The notes below the pieces were generated by a model. It was not told the DNA's origin and made no database searches. It saw only the letters and a list, made by a program, of their open reading frames with translations. DNA of 64,000 nucleotides, taken from Octopus sinensis. Lineage: Eukaryota. Location of the stretch: contig NC_043012.1 of the NCBI RefSeq assembly GCF_006345805.1, positions 37,200,001 through 37,264,000 on the forward strand. The letters run 5' to 3'. The position numbers were made by a program, and so were the translations under genes. This document shows, piece by piece, positions 1 through 12,600 of this stretch. How positions within the stretch are numbered: position 1 is the first letter of the stretch; each line of letters starts with the position of its first letter.

Positions 1-282
1 ATCATGGCATATGATGTGGCTTTTTAAACCAGACAATGTTTTGAAAAGACCCCCCATAGAATGCATATACACATATACATGCAAGAGATAGTTTTGTTTC
101 ATGAGCCCAGGACACTTTAAGTAGCATGGAACCAAATCAAATGGTTTTTAATTATTATATTTTATATATAGGCACAGGCAAGGCTGTGTGTTAAGATGCT
201 TGCTTCCCAACCCCGTGGTTCCGGGTTCAGTCCCACTGAAGCCTTGTGAGTGGATTTGGTAGACAGAAACTGTAAGAAACCT

Positions 283-314
<32 letters not shown>

Positions 315-317
<3 letters not shown>

Positions 318-480
318 GAAGAATTCACAAAAAAACAAAAGACGAAGACAGGTGGTGTTGACAACAAACAGATGTGTTAGTTTAACGCTCAGGAAGTGAA
401 AAAGTCTTTAACATTTCGAGCCTACGCTCTTCTACAGAAAGGGACACAGAAAGAAACGAGGAGAGAAAATAAAGAGAGAA
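315..480 (-). mobile_element. Second copy of the CUGUAGA mini-element, inserted in the (TA)n of a SINE
   Basis: CUUU-CUGUAGA-AGAGC-GUAG-GCUC-GAAAU-GUU-AAAG (406-442). Confidence 0.55.
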
Positions 481-1497
481 GTATGTGTGTGTCTTTGTGT
501 TTGTCCCCACAACATCACTTGACCACTGATGTTGGTATGTTTACATCACTGTAATTTAGCGGTTCGGCAAAAGATACTGATAGAATAAGTACCAGGCTTA
601 CAAAGATTAAGTCCAGAGGTCGATTTCTTCAACTGAAAGGCAGTGCTCCAGTATGACCCCAGTCAAATGACTGAAACAAATAAAAAAAATATATAAAAAG
701 CACCTACTACACTCTTGGAGTGGTTGGCGTCAGTGAGGTCTTCCAGCTGTAGAAACTTTGCCAGATCAGATTGGAGCCTAGTGCAGCCTTCTGGCTTGCC
801 AGTCCTCAAACTATACAACCCATGCCAGCATGGAAAGTGGATGTTAAACGACAATGATGCTGATGATGATGATATATATGTAAGATCCAGGGATCAAGGT
901 GTAGGAAGAAAGTTAGCTTCAAGCAATCCGTAGTAAATATGAAAAAACAACTTTCAGGGAAAATTGTGGTCAATTGAGACGGAAGGTTACACTTTTACTC
1001 TTTTACTTGTTTCAGTCATTTGACTGTGGCCATGCTGGAGCACCGCCTTTAGTCAAGCAAATCGACCCCAGGACTTATTCTTTGTAAGCCTAGTACTTAT
1101 TCTATCAGTCTCTTTTGCCAGACTGCTAAGTTACAGGGACGTAAACACACCAGCATCGGTTGTCAATCGATGTTGGTGGGGACAAACACAGACACACAAA
1201 CACATACATACATATATATATACATATACACGATGGGCTTTTTTCAGTTTCCATCTACCAAATCCACTCACAAGGCTTTGGTTGGCCCGAGACTATAGTA
1301 GAAGACACTTGCCCAAGGTGCCATGCAGTGGGACTGAACCTGGAACCACGTGGTTCATAAGCAAGCTACTTACCACACAGCCACTCCTATGCCTGTGGAT
1401 TTTTTTCGTATCAAAGTCCAATAAACTGAAAAAGGTTCTTTTTATATTTCGCAGTAGGTGACCAGGGCTGCTGGGTGTGCGAATAAGCATAGATGAG

Positions 1498-1768
1498 ATC
1501 TGGGCTTCATATGTTTCATAGCGAGCGGAAGCTCGGAAGTGGTAAATATCCATTGTTGCAAGGAGGTAGATGATAACACATGGAAGATCCAATCAGAATG
1601 TGATTCTGATTGGATCTTTCAGGTGTTAACATCTACCTGCTTGCTACAATGTAAACTTCCATTTAATCAAGATATCCTTGGCCTGAAGAGTAGCCAGTGG
1701 TACACACCCCACTTGGATATTTACCACTTCTGAGCTTCTGCTCGCTATGGAACATATGTAGCCTGGAT
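1498..1768 (+). mobile_element. Fold-back element with hammerhead-ribozyme motif in the right arm (Penelope-like/retrozyme type, degenerate)
   Basis: 55-bp inverted arms (1498-1552 / 1714-1768) around an inner palindrome. GGC-CUGAAGA-GUAGC...GCUAU-G(G)AAC-AUAU-GUA-GCC at 1680-1763. Confidence 0.6.
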
Positions 1769-2402
1769 TTTTTTCTACTTCGTTCCTTAACACACACACA
1801 CACACCCACCCGCCACCATTTTAACATCTATTTTCCCAAGCTTCCAAAGGGTCAGACGGAATTCACCAAGGCAGATTTCTCTTCATGGCTGGATCCGCTT
1901 CATGCTGCCAGACCTCACCTTATTCCCAAGAGCGTTAATAGTTTTCTAAAGCCAAGCATGTTTCTACAGAAAACCGGGGGGGGGGGAGAATGACACTGCT
2001 TGTATAACAGTGACACTCGTTTACAACTACTGTGTGACGTCAAGACAAGAACACACACAAACACACATGCGACAGGCTTCTTTCATTTTCTGTCAACCAA
2101 GTTCACTCACAAGGCTTGGTTGGCCCAGGGTTATAGTGGAAGACAGCCCATGATGTCAAAGAGTGGGACTGAACCGAGAACCACATGGTTGTGAAGCGAA
2201 GTTCTTAGACACACCACCACACCTGTCCCTAAATATATAAAATTATTTTCCCTTTTTTGTCCCCTTTCTTTTTGAATAATTCAATCTCAAACCCTAACAA
2301 CATCCAATTTTTAGTGCTTCTTGAAAATCTTGGCAAAAATCTATAAACCAGAAACGAAATTCTTTCGTTTAAAGGAAATAATTAAAAAATTAGGATTATT
2401 CA

Positions 2403-2640
2403 ATGTTTTTTAAATTTAATTATTTCTTCCTCTTGCTCCACTACTACTGCTACTACTTCTTTTCCTTTTCTTTCTTCTTCTTTTCCTATTCTTTCTTCTT
2501 CTTCTTCCAATTCTTCTTCTTCTTTTCCTTTTCTTTCTTCTTCGTCTTCTTCTTCCAATTCTTCTTCGTCTTCTTCTTCCTCCAATTCTTCTTCTTCTTC
2601 CAATCCTTCTTCTTCTTCTTCTTCGCCCCCCCCCCCAAAC
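2403..2640. repeat. (TTC)n-rich microsatellite
   Basis: Visible; explains the Glu-rich and Phe-rich ORFs. Confidence 0.95.
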
Positions 2641-4384
2641 CCCATCATTTTCCGTTCCCTGGAAACCTCGAAGGCTGCATTGCTAAGTCTATAATGAGTC
2701 ATATTTCTTCTTATTCCGCGTAATCTATATCGACAGCAATGGTAGATACAAACAACCAAGTCTTAACTGATACACAAAGAGATTAGCACCGATAGCCTAA
2801 ATACTTCACACTCACACACAGCAGTGAATAATAACTATTTTTACGATTGGAAGTTTAAATAAATACATTAAGAGATAGATAAAACTGCTGCAACAGTAAA
2901 TAAATCTTTCATTTTAAAATGAATAATGAAACTTTGTAAACCAAAGAGACCCAAAATTAATCAAATGTGTATGATAGTAACCTTTGTGATTTTGTCAAAG
3001 AATCGTACGAAAACTGAGAGGAAACCTGAAAACCCAGGCAATCACCCAACATGGTTTAATGTCCGTTTTCCATTCTGGCATGGGTTGGACAGTTTCACAG
3101 GGGGTGGCAAGGCTGGAGAGCTACACTAAGCTCCAATTGTCTGTTGAGGCATGGTTTCTACAGCTGGACACTCTTTCTAATACCAACCACTTTACATAGT
3201 GTACTGGGTACAGTTTGTGTGGCACCAGCACCAGTGCTTTATATGTGCCAGCAGCACAGGTGCCTTTTATGTGGTCCTAGCATGGGTGCCCTCTATGTGG
3301 CACAAGCACAGGTGCTTTTTATGTGGCACCAGCACGGGTGCTTTCTAAATGGCACAAGCACGAGTGCATTTTATGTGGCACAAGCCCATAATATCTGTTG
3401 TATCTTAGAATAATTATAACGCCATGATCTTGGGCAAGGAACTTCAATGTTCTGTCACAGCAAGAAATAGACCAGAGATGACAGCAAGATATAATGTCAC
3501 TGCTTGTATATTGGTTTCATATGAAATGGTTGTATCATCATCATTATTTAATGCCCTCTCCCTTCTCAAAATTCCTTGTCTTGCAAGTTACTTTGTGATC
3601 CTGTTGGTGCTGGTGCCATACAAAAAGCATCCAGTGCACACTATAAAGTGGTTGGCATTTGGAAGGGCATCCAGCTGTAAAAACCATGCCAAAAACTAAC
3701 CACACCTGTGCTGGTGCCATGTAAGAAGCACTCAGTCCACTTTGCTGGGTGGTTGGTGTTAGGAAGGGCATCCAGCTGTAAAAAACCTTGCCAAAAGAGA
3801 CACAGAAGTTTGGTGCAGTCTTCTGCCCAGCCAGCTCCTGTCAAACTGTCCAACCCATGCCAGCATGGAAGGAAGATGCTAAACAATGATGATGATTTCA
3901 AACCACAGAATTTGTTGTTGCAGATTTTTTTATGGTTGGTTGCCCTTCATGTCCGCAACCTCTACCTGTTTCTGAGTAACGTAATATTTCTGCAGGGCCA
4001 AACAAGCAAAAGATCCCCAAAATGTCCAATGCCATTTCTTGCATATCTGGTTCCAGATCAGCAACCTTCTCCTAGAGATATGCTTTGACAAACGATGAAG
4101 GGTGCCTCACTCTCATTGGTCTTTCAGCATTGCCAGACACCAACCCAGAATTCCTGAGGGCCTGTGCTATTGCTAGACAGTCATTGATCCCTACAATGGG
4201 TTCATCCATCCTTTTGACAGGTCTTGTTTTTAGTTCTGCTGGGTTTCTAGCGACCCTCCTCACCAGGCAAACCTAGTGCAGGTGCTAGTTTAGTTACTGA
4301 TGACCCCAAATATGCAACAGATTATACTAGGTTCTATGTTACCATTAACACTCAGGAGAGACCTCACAAGGGACCTGCCATGCA

Positions 4385-4530
4385 TACATCATTTACATTT
4401 GATGGATATTTGTCCTCATCTTGTTTGTTGTTAACACAATGTTTCGGCTGATATACCCTCCAGCCTTCATCAGGTGTCTTGGGGAAATTTCGAACCTGAG
4501 TTCTCATTCCTAAGGTATTTTTCGATGTTA
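4385..4530 (-). mobile_element. Penelope-like mini-element with minimal hammerhead motif
   Basis: Minus strand GACAC-CUGAUGA-AGGCUG-loop-CAGCC-GAAAC-AUU-GUGUU (4433-4478). Confidence 0.65.
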
Positions 4531-4774
4531 TCATTATTATTATTATTATACCTCCCCCAAATGAACAAACACACATATACATACATTCATGACTGGCTTC
4601 TTTCAGTTTGTGTTCACCAATTCCATTGATAAGTTTTTAGCCAGCGAAGGGTTATATTAGAAGGCATTTGTCCAAGGTGCCACGCAGTGGGACTGAACCC
4701 AAGACCTTGTGATTGAGAAGCAAGCTTGCTAAGCACACAGCGACACCTATCAAACCATATCACCTGATACTCAC

Positions 4775-4859
4775 TCAATTGTTGTGTAAACAACCACTTC
4801 AGGTCTTGTTGTTGTTGATCAACTTTAGGTGTGGTTATCTCACCAAAATCTCTCTGTCT
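4775..4859 (-). CDS. Candidate exon RQRDFGEITTPKVDQQQQDLKWLFTQQL of unknown gene
   Basis: Pyrimidine tract (tttgtgttcttctgtttcgaaag|), donor TTGA|gtgagt, open frame, non-repetitive sequence. No homology recognised. Confidence 0.3.
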
Positions 4860-5884
4860 CTTTCGAAACAGAAGAACACAAAATTTTGAAAGAAGGAAAA
4901 AATAAAGCAATGATAAAAAAAAAAGTGCCCCCTCCCCACTTCACATAGAAAATGCTTGCCCTGCCCCAGGCACTGGCAACCTCTCACCCTATGCCAATGT
5001 CATGACCTCTCAGACCTATTCGACTTCTAAATAAATTTTGATTTTGGTTCATGAGCACATGGTGTGTCTATATATGTGTGTGTGTGTGGATGTAGTTAGG
5101 TTATTCGGCTCATGATCGCAAGGTTATCAGTTCAATTCTCGGTGACGCCTTTTGTCCTTGAGCAAGACACTTTATTTCGTGTTGCTCTAGTCCACTCAGC
5201 TGGCAAAAATGAATTGTACCCGTAATTCAAAGGAACCAGTCTTGTCATATTCCTTGTCATGGCTGAATCTCCCCGAAAACTACATTAAGACTACACATGT
5301 GTCTGTGGAGTACTCAGCCACATGCACGTTAATCTCACAAGCAGGCTGTGAACCCTCATCACTATAACTAACAGAGCATCAGTGAGTGAGCGAGAGACAT
5401 TTGACAGAGTAATCTGAATGCTAAATCTGCCGCATCGAGTTCAAATATTCTGCCTACTTTATGTTCAACCAGGCCAGGTCTGGCCTCTCACACCTACCCA
5501 ACAATGTCATTCTGAAAACAATGTCTGATTAATTCAAAATAATGTGGATAAACAAGCATTACATTTGACAGAGTAACCTGAATGATAAATGGTTAACGTT
5601 TGGTTTGGGTGATCGCTGGGTTAATGAGCGATAGGAACATGTGAAGACAGAGGGAGTTTCTGATGGATGCCAATCTAAAAGAGGGCTCGTTAAGCAGACG
5701 AGATCTGAGTAGTGAGATATGATTAAGGTGCAAGTAAGGACAAAATTTGGTCAACTGTGTCAGTTTATGTTAAGAAGCCATATGTGGCTGTCCAAGTTGA
5801 CAGAGCTGTGAGTTTTGGGAGAGAAATGGTATGAACAGGGGTATGACGCTACTTGTAGGGACCCCGAAAGGGAGCATACTCTCC

Positions 5885-6430
5885 GACACACAGACAGATA
5901 TACATGCATGCATACAAGCTCACATGCACACATACATAAATACTTGCATGTACACATACACACACACATAGATATGCATGCTCACATACACACACTCACA
6001 TAGGCATACACCTCCCATATACACAAAAACACATGCACACACACACATATACCTCCACAGGCACATTCACATAGATATACACTTCCCATATACACAAACA
6101 CACGTGTACATACACACATATGCACACACACACATACCTCCAAAGACATATGCTCACATAGACATACACCTCCCATATACATAAACATACATGTACACAC
6201 ACACAGACACACATAGGAATACACCTCCAATATACACACACACGTGCACACATACATGCACAGACACATATACTCACACAGACATACACTTCCCATATAC
6301 ACACACACATATATTGACATAGGAATAAACCTCCCATATATACAAACATACGTGCACACACACACACACACGTGCACACACACACACACACATGCACAGA
6401 CACATATACTCACACACACACACACAGCCC
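5885..6430. repeat. Compound (CA)/(TA)-rich microsatellite tract
   Basis: Visible; source of several spurious ORFs. Confidence 0.9.
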
Positions 6431-7624
6431 ACATGTACGCATCATTGATTTCCCCGCAATCAACAACGTGGTTGTTGGTCATCGTTGACAACCTTGACAT
6501 TAACGAACTCTTTGGAGTATATCTGACATGGGAACTTCCTGCCCAGGTTTCCCACCCATAACCTCTGTCCATCCATCTGTCTGTCTGTCTTTCGGACAGG
6601 AATTTTCCCAGTCAAACTAGTCCACTTCAGCATACATTAACTGACATTTCTCTCTGACCCAAATTCTATCAAATCTGGACGAACCTTCCCCCTCCTCCTC
6701 CTCCTCCTCCTCCTCGCTTCTGTCTTTCTCAGGTATTTCTTTCAATACCTGAACAAAGTTAACAACCTACTGGCTGCTACCTGTAACCACACACACACAC
6801 ACACACACACTTCACTAAAAGTAACAACCTGTGTTTGCACTCCTTAACCTTCTTCTCAGGTTTTCACCGGTTCCATGAAAGGAGACGCCTTGAAAACAAT
6901 ACCCAAACGAAGACAGGAAACCTTAAACTTCTGCAATAACAGAAGCAACATGCAATACGGCTCTGTGGGTCAAGGAAACATAGAGCACAGGTGTGGCTGT
7001 GTGGTTAGAAGTTTGCTTCCTAACCAGATGGTTCCGGGTTCAGTCCCACTGCATGGCACCGCGGGCAAGTGTCTTCTACTCAAGCTTCAGGCCGACCAAA
7101 GCCTTGTGAGTGGATTTGGTAGATGGAAACTGAAAGAAGCCCATCATGTGTCTGTGTGTGAGTGTGTGTGCTTGTCTCTCACAACCACTTGACAACAGGT
7201 GTTGGTTTGTTTATAGCCCCTGTTAATTAAGGCTTTAAGAAAATAAGTACAGGGGGGAAATTCGTTTGGCTAAAATTCAAAGCAGAGCCCCAGCATGGTC
7301 GCAGTCTAATGACTGAAAAAATAAAAAGAAGTAAAGAAAAAAACAACAAAAATAAACCCAGCACCAGAGACGGAACCATTCTTCTTCCAGTTGCTTCTCT
7401 CTGTGTGTTCTGCAGCAAGAACAAAAGCAGGAATAATTAAGGGGAATGTTTTGGTTGAGGTTTGGGAAGTAAGATGTTCTTTGGTGGAAACAAGACAGAA
7501 AGGGTTGTAACAAAACATTAATCGTCTGAGATTGCCCTTCCTAGTGAGGGGAACCCCTACAAGGTTGGCCAAACACTGCATTGACCTAACAAAGGAGTCT
7601 CTCAACATATCTGACCTGACACTT

Positions 7625-8162
7625 CATGACACTTAACTCTTAGCTACCTAGGGTACTTAGGTGTAATTAAGTACCCATTAATACTGTGCTGATGTTAGTG
7701 ATGCAGGGACTTAATTCTCAGATACCCAAGGTACATAGCTCTGATTAAGTACCCTTTAGGACTGGGTGTGTCTGTGACCAAGACCCTTAACTCTCAGATA
7801 CTCTGTATATTTAGCTATAATTATGTACCCTTTGATACAGTGCTGTGTTTGTGACCAAGACAGCTCACAGGTACTCAGGGTACTTAGCTATAATTAAGTA
7901 CCCCTTGGTACTGAGTGTGTCTGTAACTGAGACACTTACCTTTCAGATAGCCAGGGTATTTAGCTGTAATTAAGTATCCTTCAATACTGTGTATGTGATC
8001 AAGATAGTTCTCAGGTACCCAGGGTACTTAGCTATTATCTACCCTTTATTACTAAATCTCAGATAGCTAGGGTACTTCATTGTAATTAAGTATCCTTTGG
8101 TACTGTGTTGTGTCTGTGACCATGACACTGAATTTTCAGGTACCCAGGGTGCTTAGCTATAA
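7625..8162. repeat. Degenerate ~75-bp minisatellite, about 8 units
   Basis: Recurrent gggtacttagctataattaagtaccc palindrome with period 68-78 nt (one unit 48 nt). Confidence 0.85.
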
Positions 8163-9352
8163 CCAGGTGCAGATTTCATTTTCTGCTGCAGAGGAAGCAA
8201 TTGGCAACTCTCTGACCATGCCCCTCCATAATATATCCTTTTCTACTCTAGGCACAGGCTCAAAATTTTGGGGGAGGGGGCCAGTCGATTAGATCAAACC
8301 CAGTATGCAACTGGTACTTAATTTATCGACCTTGGAAGGATGAAAGGCAAAGTTGAACTCAGCAGAATTTGAACCCTCTGTAATGTATCACAAAAAGCTT
8401 GGATGTAGGTAGCTCATATCCCAGCCAGAGATCATACCTAACCTAACAATTTAAAATATTAAAATACATAAAAAAAAAACAACTGATTTATATAAAAGAA
8501 GAGGTTATGCATCAAAATAGATCAGGCATCAAAATATTTACTAAAAATTAACACAAAATACTTTAATTATTCTTTTAATTGTTTCAGTCATTTGACTGTG
8601 GCCATGCTTGAGCACCACCTTAAAGGCTTTTTTAGCCAAAGAAATCTACCCAGGGACTTATTCTTTGTAAGCCTAGTGCTTATTCGATTGATCTTTTTTT
8701 ACTGAACCACTAAGTTATGGGGACATAAACACACCAACATCAGTTGTCAAGCAATGGTGGGGAGACAAACACAGACAGACACACATAAATACACACACAC
8801 ACACACAAACACACACATATATACACAACAGGCTTCTTTCAGTTTCCGTCTATCAAATTCACTTACAAGGCCTTGGTCGACGCCCAAGGCTATAGCAGAA
8901 GACACTTGCTCAAAGTACCACACAGTGAGACTGAACCTGCGACCATGTGGTTGGGAAGCAAGCTTCTTACCACACAAAATTAATTTTTTTTTTAAAAACT
9001 AACTTGTTAAACGTGTTTTTAGCTGAGGGATGAGTCATATTTGCGAGGTATTGATCTTGTATATTCTTGAGACGGAACTGAAAGAGGAAGCTGTCTTTTA
9101 ATGAATGGTCATGCTAAGGAAAATTCAGTGAACCATGAATTTGCAACAAGATGCTCTCTTCAGTGGTTACGAGAGAAAACGAGATGAAGATTCCATCTTA
9201 AAAAGAATCTATTTACCATTTATATCAAAGCCATAAAAATAACCGATACATTTGGAGAGTGTTGGAGGAAATGTGGAGGATTTGGAGAAAGAAGGAAGAA
9301 GATGACTGAGATGTGAATGGAAAGACAGTCTGTGATGACTTCTAATTCTTGG

Positions 9353-9390
<38 letters not shown>

Positions 9391-10909
9391 CAAAGAAAGA
9401 GGGAGATGAGGAAAGATGGGAGAGACAGGAAGAGAATGGGAGAAAGAGAGGATTTGGAGAAAGAAGAGGGTACAGACGTGAATGGAAAGACAGTGTGTGA
9501 TAACCTCTAATTCTTGAGAGAGAGAGAGGCAGATAGACAAAGAGGAAGAGAAAGGGAGGGAAAAAGAGGGAGGGAGAAAGAAAGAGACAGAAAGAGGGAG
9601 AGAGAGAATAACGGTAATGCTCACCCTCTCACCCCCTCCCAAACCGACATATAATTCTTCCTCTTCTAATGTAGTTGTTAAATTCTTGCATAACAATACA
9701 AAACTCAGATCCAAATAGATTCGGGTTTAGCAAGAAGCAGAGGGAACGGTCAAAAGAATCTCACACTAGAATACACAAGTAATGGGAATATGTGATGTTC
9801 ATGCTGATTGCATATACATACATACATATATATAGTCTTTATTTTATTCTTTTGCTTGTTTCAGTCATTTGAATGCGGCCATGCTGGAGCATCACCTTTT
9901 GTTGAACAAACTGACCCCAGGACCTATTCTTTGTAAGCCTAGTACTTATTCTATCAGTTTCTTTTGCCGAACCACTAAGTTACAGAGATGTAAACACACC
10001 AACATCAGTTGTCAAGCACAGACACACAAATACATACATACCTACTGCTAAATATATTACCAAGTATTTTGATACAAAATAAGCTAGAATGCTTGGGCCC
10101 TAGGTACGTACTTCTGAAGTTATTATCAGATATTCAGAGCCCTGAATATGAAGTGCAATTTATTTGGTAAAAAAAAGAATTACATTTGTGCAATTTCCAG
10201 GGAAGGCATTATTAGTGAGAAAATCATTACTGATGGATGTAAAATTGTGTAAATCCAAAAAGTAATTAGGCGCAGGAGTGGCTGTGTGGTAAGTAGCTTG
10301 CTTATGAACCACATGGTTCCGGGTTCAGTCCCACTGCATGACACCTTGGGCAAGTGTCTTCTACTATAGCCTTGGGCCGGCCAAAGCCTTGTGAGTGGAT
10401 TTGGTAGACAGAAACTGAAAGAAGCCCGTTGTATATACACATGTGTGTGCGTGTGTGTGTATATGTTTGTGTGTCTGTGTTTGTCCCCCACAAGATTGTT
10501 TGACAACCTATGCTGGTGTGTTTACGTCCCCGTAACTTAGCGGTTCAGCAAAAAGAGACCAATAGAATAAGTACTAGGCTTACAAAGAATAAGTCCTGGG
10601 GTCGGTTTGCTTGACTAAAGGCGGTGCACCAGCATGGCCACAGTCACACGACTGAAACAAGTAAAAGAGTAAAGAGAGTCAAAGAGTTATTAGTAGAAAA
10701 GTATACGTATAAAGACATGCCTTTTTTGAGTATGGTGCCTTGAAAAATTGAAGTCAAACAAACCAACCCCAATACCATTTTTTAATGCCTGGTACTTTAT
10801 CAGTTCCTTTGATAAACAGCTAAGTAATGGCAACGTAAACACACCACTACTGGTTGTCAAGCAGTAATGGTGGAAAACACACACACACATTCATACAAGT
10901 ATATATATA

Positions 10910-11108
10910 TACCGGAGTAAACACATAAATGTGAAACAAGGTGGAAAAAAGAGCACTCAAATACCAGTGGTAGAGTAATATTTAAAGCAGCAGAAAATTC
11001 AACAAAACCTGTTACTCTGACAGTTTTTCTAGCAAAAACTGTCCGATGAACGGCAACGGGAAACTCAGAGTAGCAGGTTTTGTTGAATTTTCTGCTGCTT
11101 TAAATAAA
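10910..11108 (+). mobile_element. (TA)n-flanked fold-back mini-element with CCGAUGA...GAAAC hammerhead-like core
   Basis: 41-bp inverted arms 10978-11020 / 11065-11105, an inner hairpin, and core at 11043-11066. Confidence 0.5.
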
Positions 11109-11127
11109 GTATATATATATATATATA

Positions 11128-11305
11128 GTTAATTCAAACAAGAAAGCACAAAAAAATACAACGCGAGGACGTGGAACAAATATAGTATTATTGGACGCTC
11201 AGGAAAGAAGGAGGGTTTAACGTTTCGAGCGGAGCTCTTCGTCGGAAACATAGGAGAAGGAAAGATCCAGAGAAGGGAAGACAGAGGAAAAAAAATCGCC
11301 AACGA
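11128..11305 (-). mobile_element. (TA)n-associated mini-element with hammerhead motif (CCGACGA core)
   Basis: GUUU-CCGACGA-AGAGC-UCC-GCUC-GAAAC-GUU-AAAC (11215-11249). Homologous copy at 44170-44345. Confidence 0.6.
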
Positions 11306-11313
11306 TATATATA

Positions 11314-11672
11314 CTAGCACTATGACCTGGCAATACCGGGTCATAGTGCTAGTGCATGCATATACAGCTGCGTGCATGCATGCGCACATACATGCGAGTA
11401 CTGTACAAATCTCCGATCAATCACATACAGCTAGCTGGCATTCAATTGGCGTATCAAGTTTTGGGCATTTTGATTGGGTTTTGGATAGAAAATTCACAAA
11501 AAAGTTACTTCTATTGATTTTTTAATGGCTTTGCAGGGTGACTGGGGAAATGTAAAGATGTGCACGACCACCCTTGGACGGTTTTGAATGACCATAGAAA
11601 GTGCAAGCCCTCTAACTGAAAAATTGTGGATTTGTATAAAGGACACACACACAGACAGATATTTTGCATATA
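11314..11672 (-). mobile_element. Helitron-like element, second family, with terminal palindrome
   Basis: Ends in CTAG|T with hairpin ctagcactatgacc(t)gg-caata-ccgggtcatagtgctag. Reverse complement of 14157-14496. Confidence 0.6.
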
Positions 11673-11704
<32 letters not shown>

Positions 11705-11705
11705 C

Positions 11706-11780
<75 letters not shown>

Positions 11781-12029
11781 TATTAATGACAGGCTTCTTT
11801 CAGTTTCCATCAACCAAATCAACTCACAAGGCTTTGGTCAGCCCTAGGCTTATGTAGAAGGTACTCGCATGAGGTGTCACGCCTGCATCTAGAAAGTGCA
11901 AATGCGAACTTGTAACAAAAACTGGGTGCAAGGTGGACAACAGGATGCATAAAATGATATGCATGGCCTGGCAATCTAAATACATGAGTAATGGAAATAA
12001 GGTGACAATATAATAAATAAAATAATAAT

Positions 12030-12240
12030 AGAGAAGAAGAATAAAAGAGAGAAGAAGAAGAAGAAGAAGAGAAGAAGAAGAAGAAGAAGAAAAGAAGAAG
12101 AAGAAAGAAGAAGAAGAATAAGAAGAAGAAGAAGAAGAGAAGAGAAGAAGAAGAAGAAGAAGAAGAGAAGAAGAAGAAGAAGAAGAAGAAGAAGAAGAAG
12201 AAGAAGAGAAGAAGAAGAAGAAGAAGAAGAAGAATAGAAA
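12030..12240. repeat. (GAA)n microsatellite
   Basis: Visible. Confidence 0.95.
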
Positions 12241-12600
12241 GTAGAAGTTGAGTGCAAGAATTTTGTGTAAAGGTCACAACATATTTTTTATTGGCGTCTT
12301 TCAAGAGATCAGTATATTTTCTATGACTCACCGTTTTTACAAGACAGCTCATACATATAAGTCATTTTTAATTCTAAATTTATTCAATTCACCGTAAAGA
12401 AGCTTATGATTCAAATAACAAAAATTTGCACAAAATTTTATTTCTTTGATATTTTTTTTCAGAAGTCTTTCAATAAAAAGTGCACAATCACAAGGTATGG
12501 TTAAGAAGTACACTTTTCAATTATGGTGGGTACTGGTTCAATCTCACTGCATAGCACTTTGGGACAGTGTCTTCTGTTATTGTTTATATATATATATATA

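Noticed and set aside
1-57. Match to 20439-20495 as a segmental duplication
   Set aside because: Short, and ends in a mariner-like terminus (gacaccc-ata); more simply two copies of a dispersed MITE.
2400-2759. Glu-rich 119-aa ORF (and Phe-rich ORF on the other strand)
   Set aside because: Translation of a (TTC)n microsatellite; no splice signals or complexity.
4072-4276. Minus-strand ORF VRRVARNPAELK...VKAYL* as a terminal exon
   Set aside because: Weak acceptor and phase-incompatible with the 4775 candidate. More likely a retroelement 5' fragment, which I cannot confirm.
6646-6748. Candidate exon VLKEIPEKDRSEEEEEEEE...
   Set aside because: Built around an (AGG)n run; the phase does not fit neighbouring candidates and no homology is recognised.
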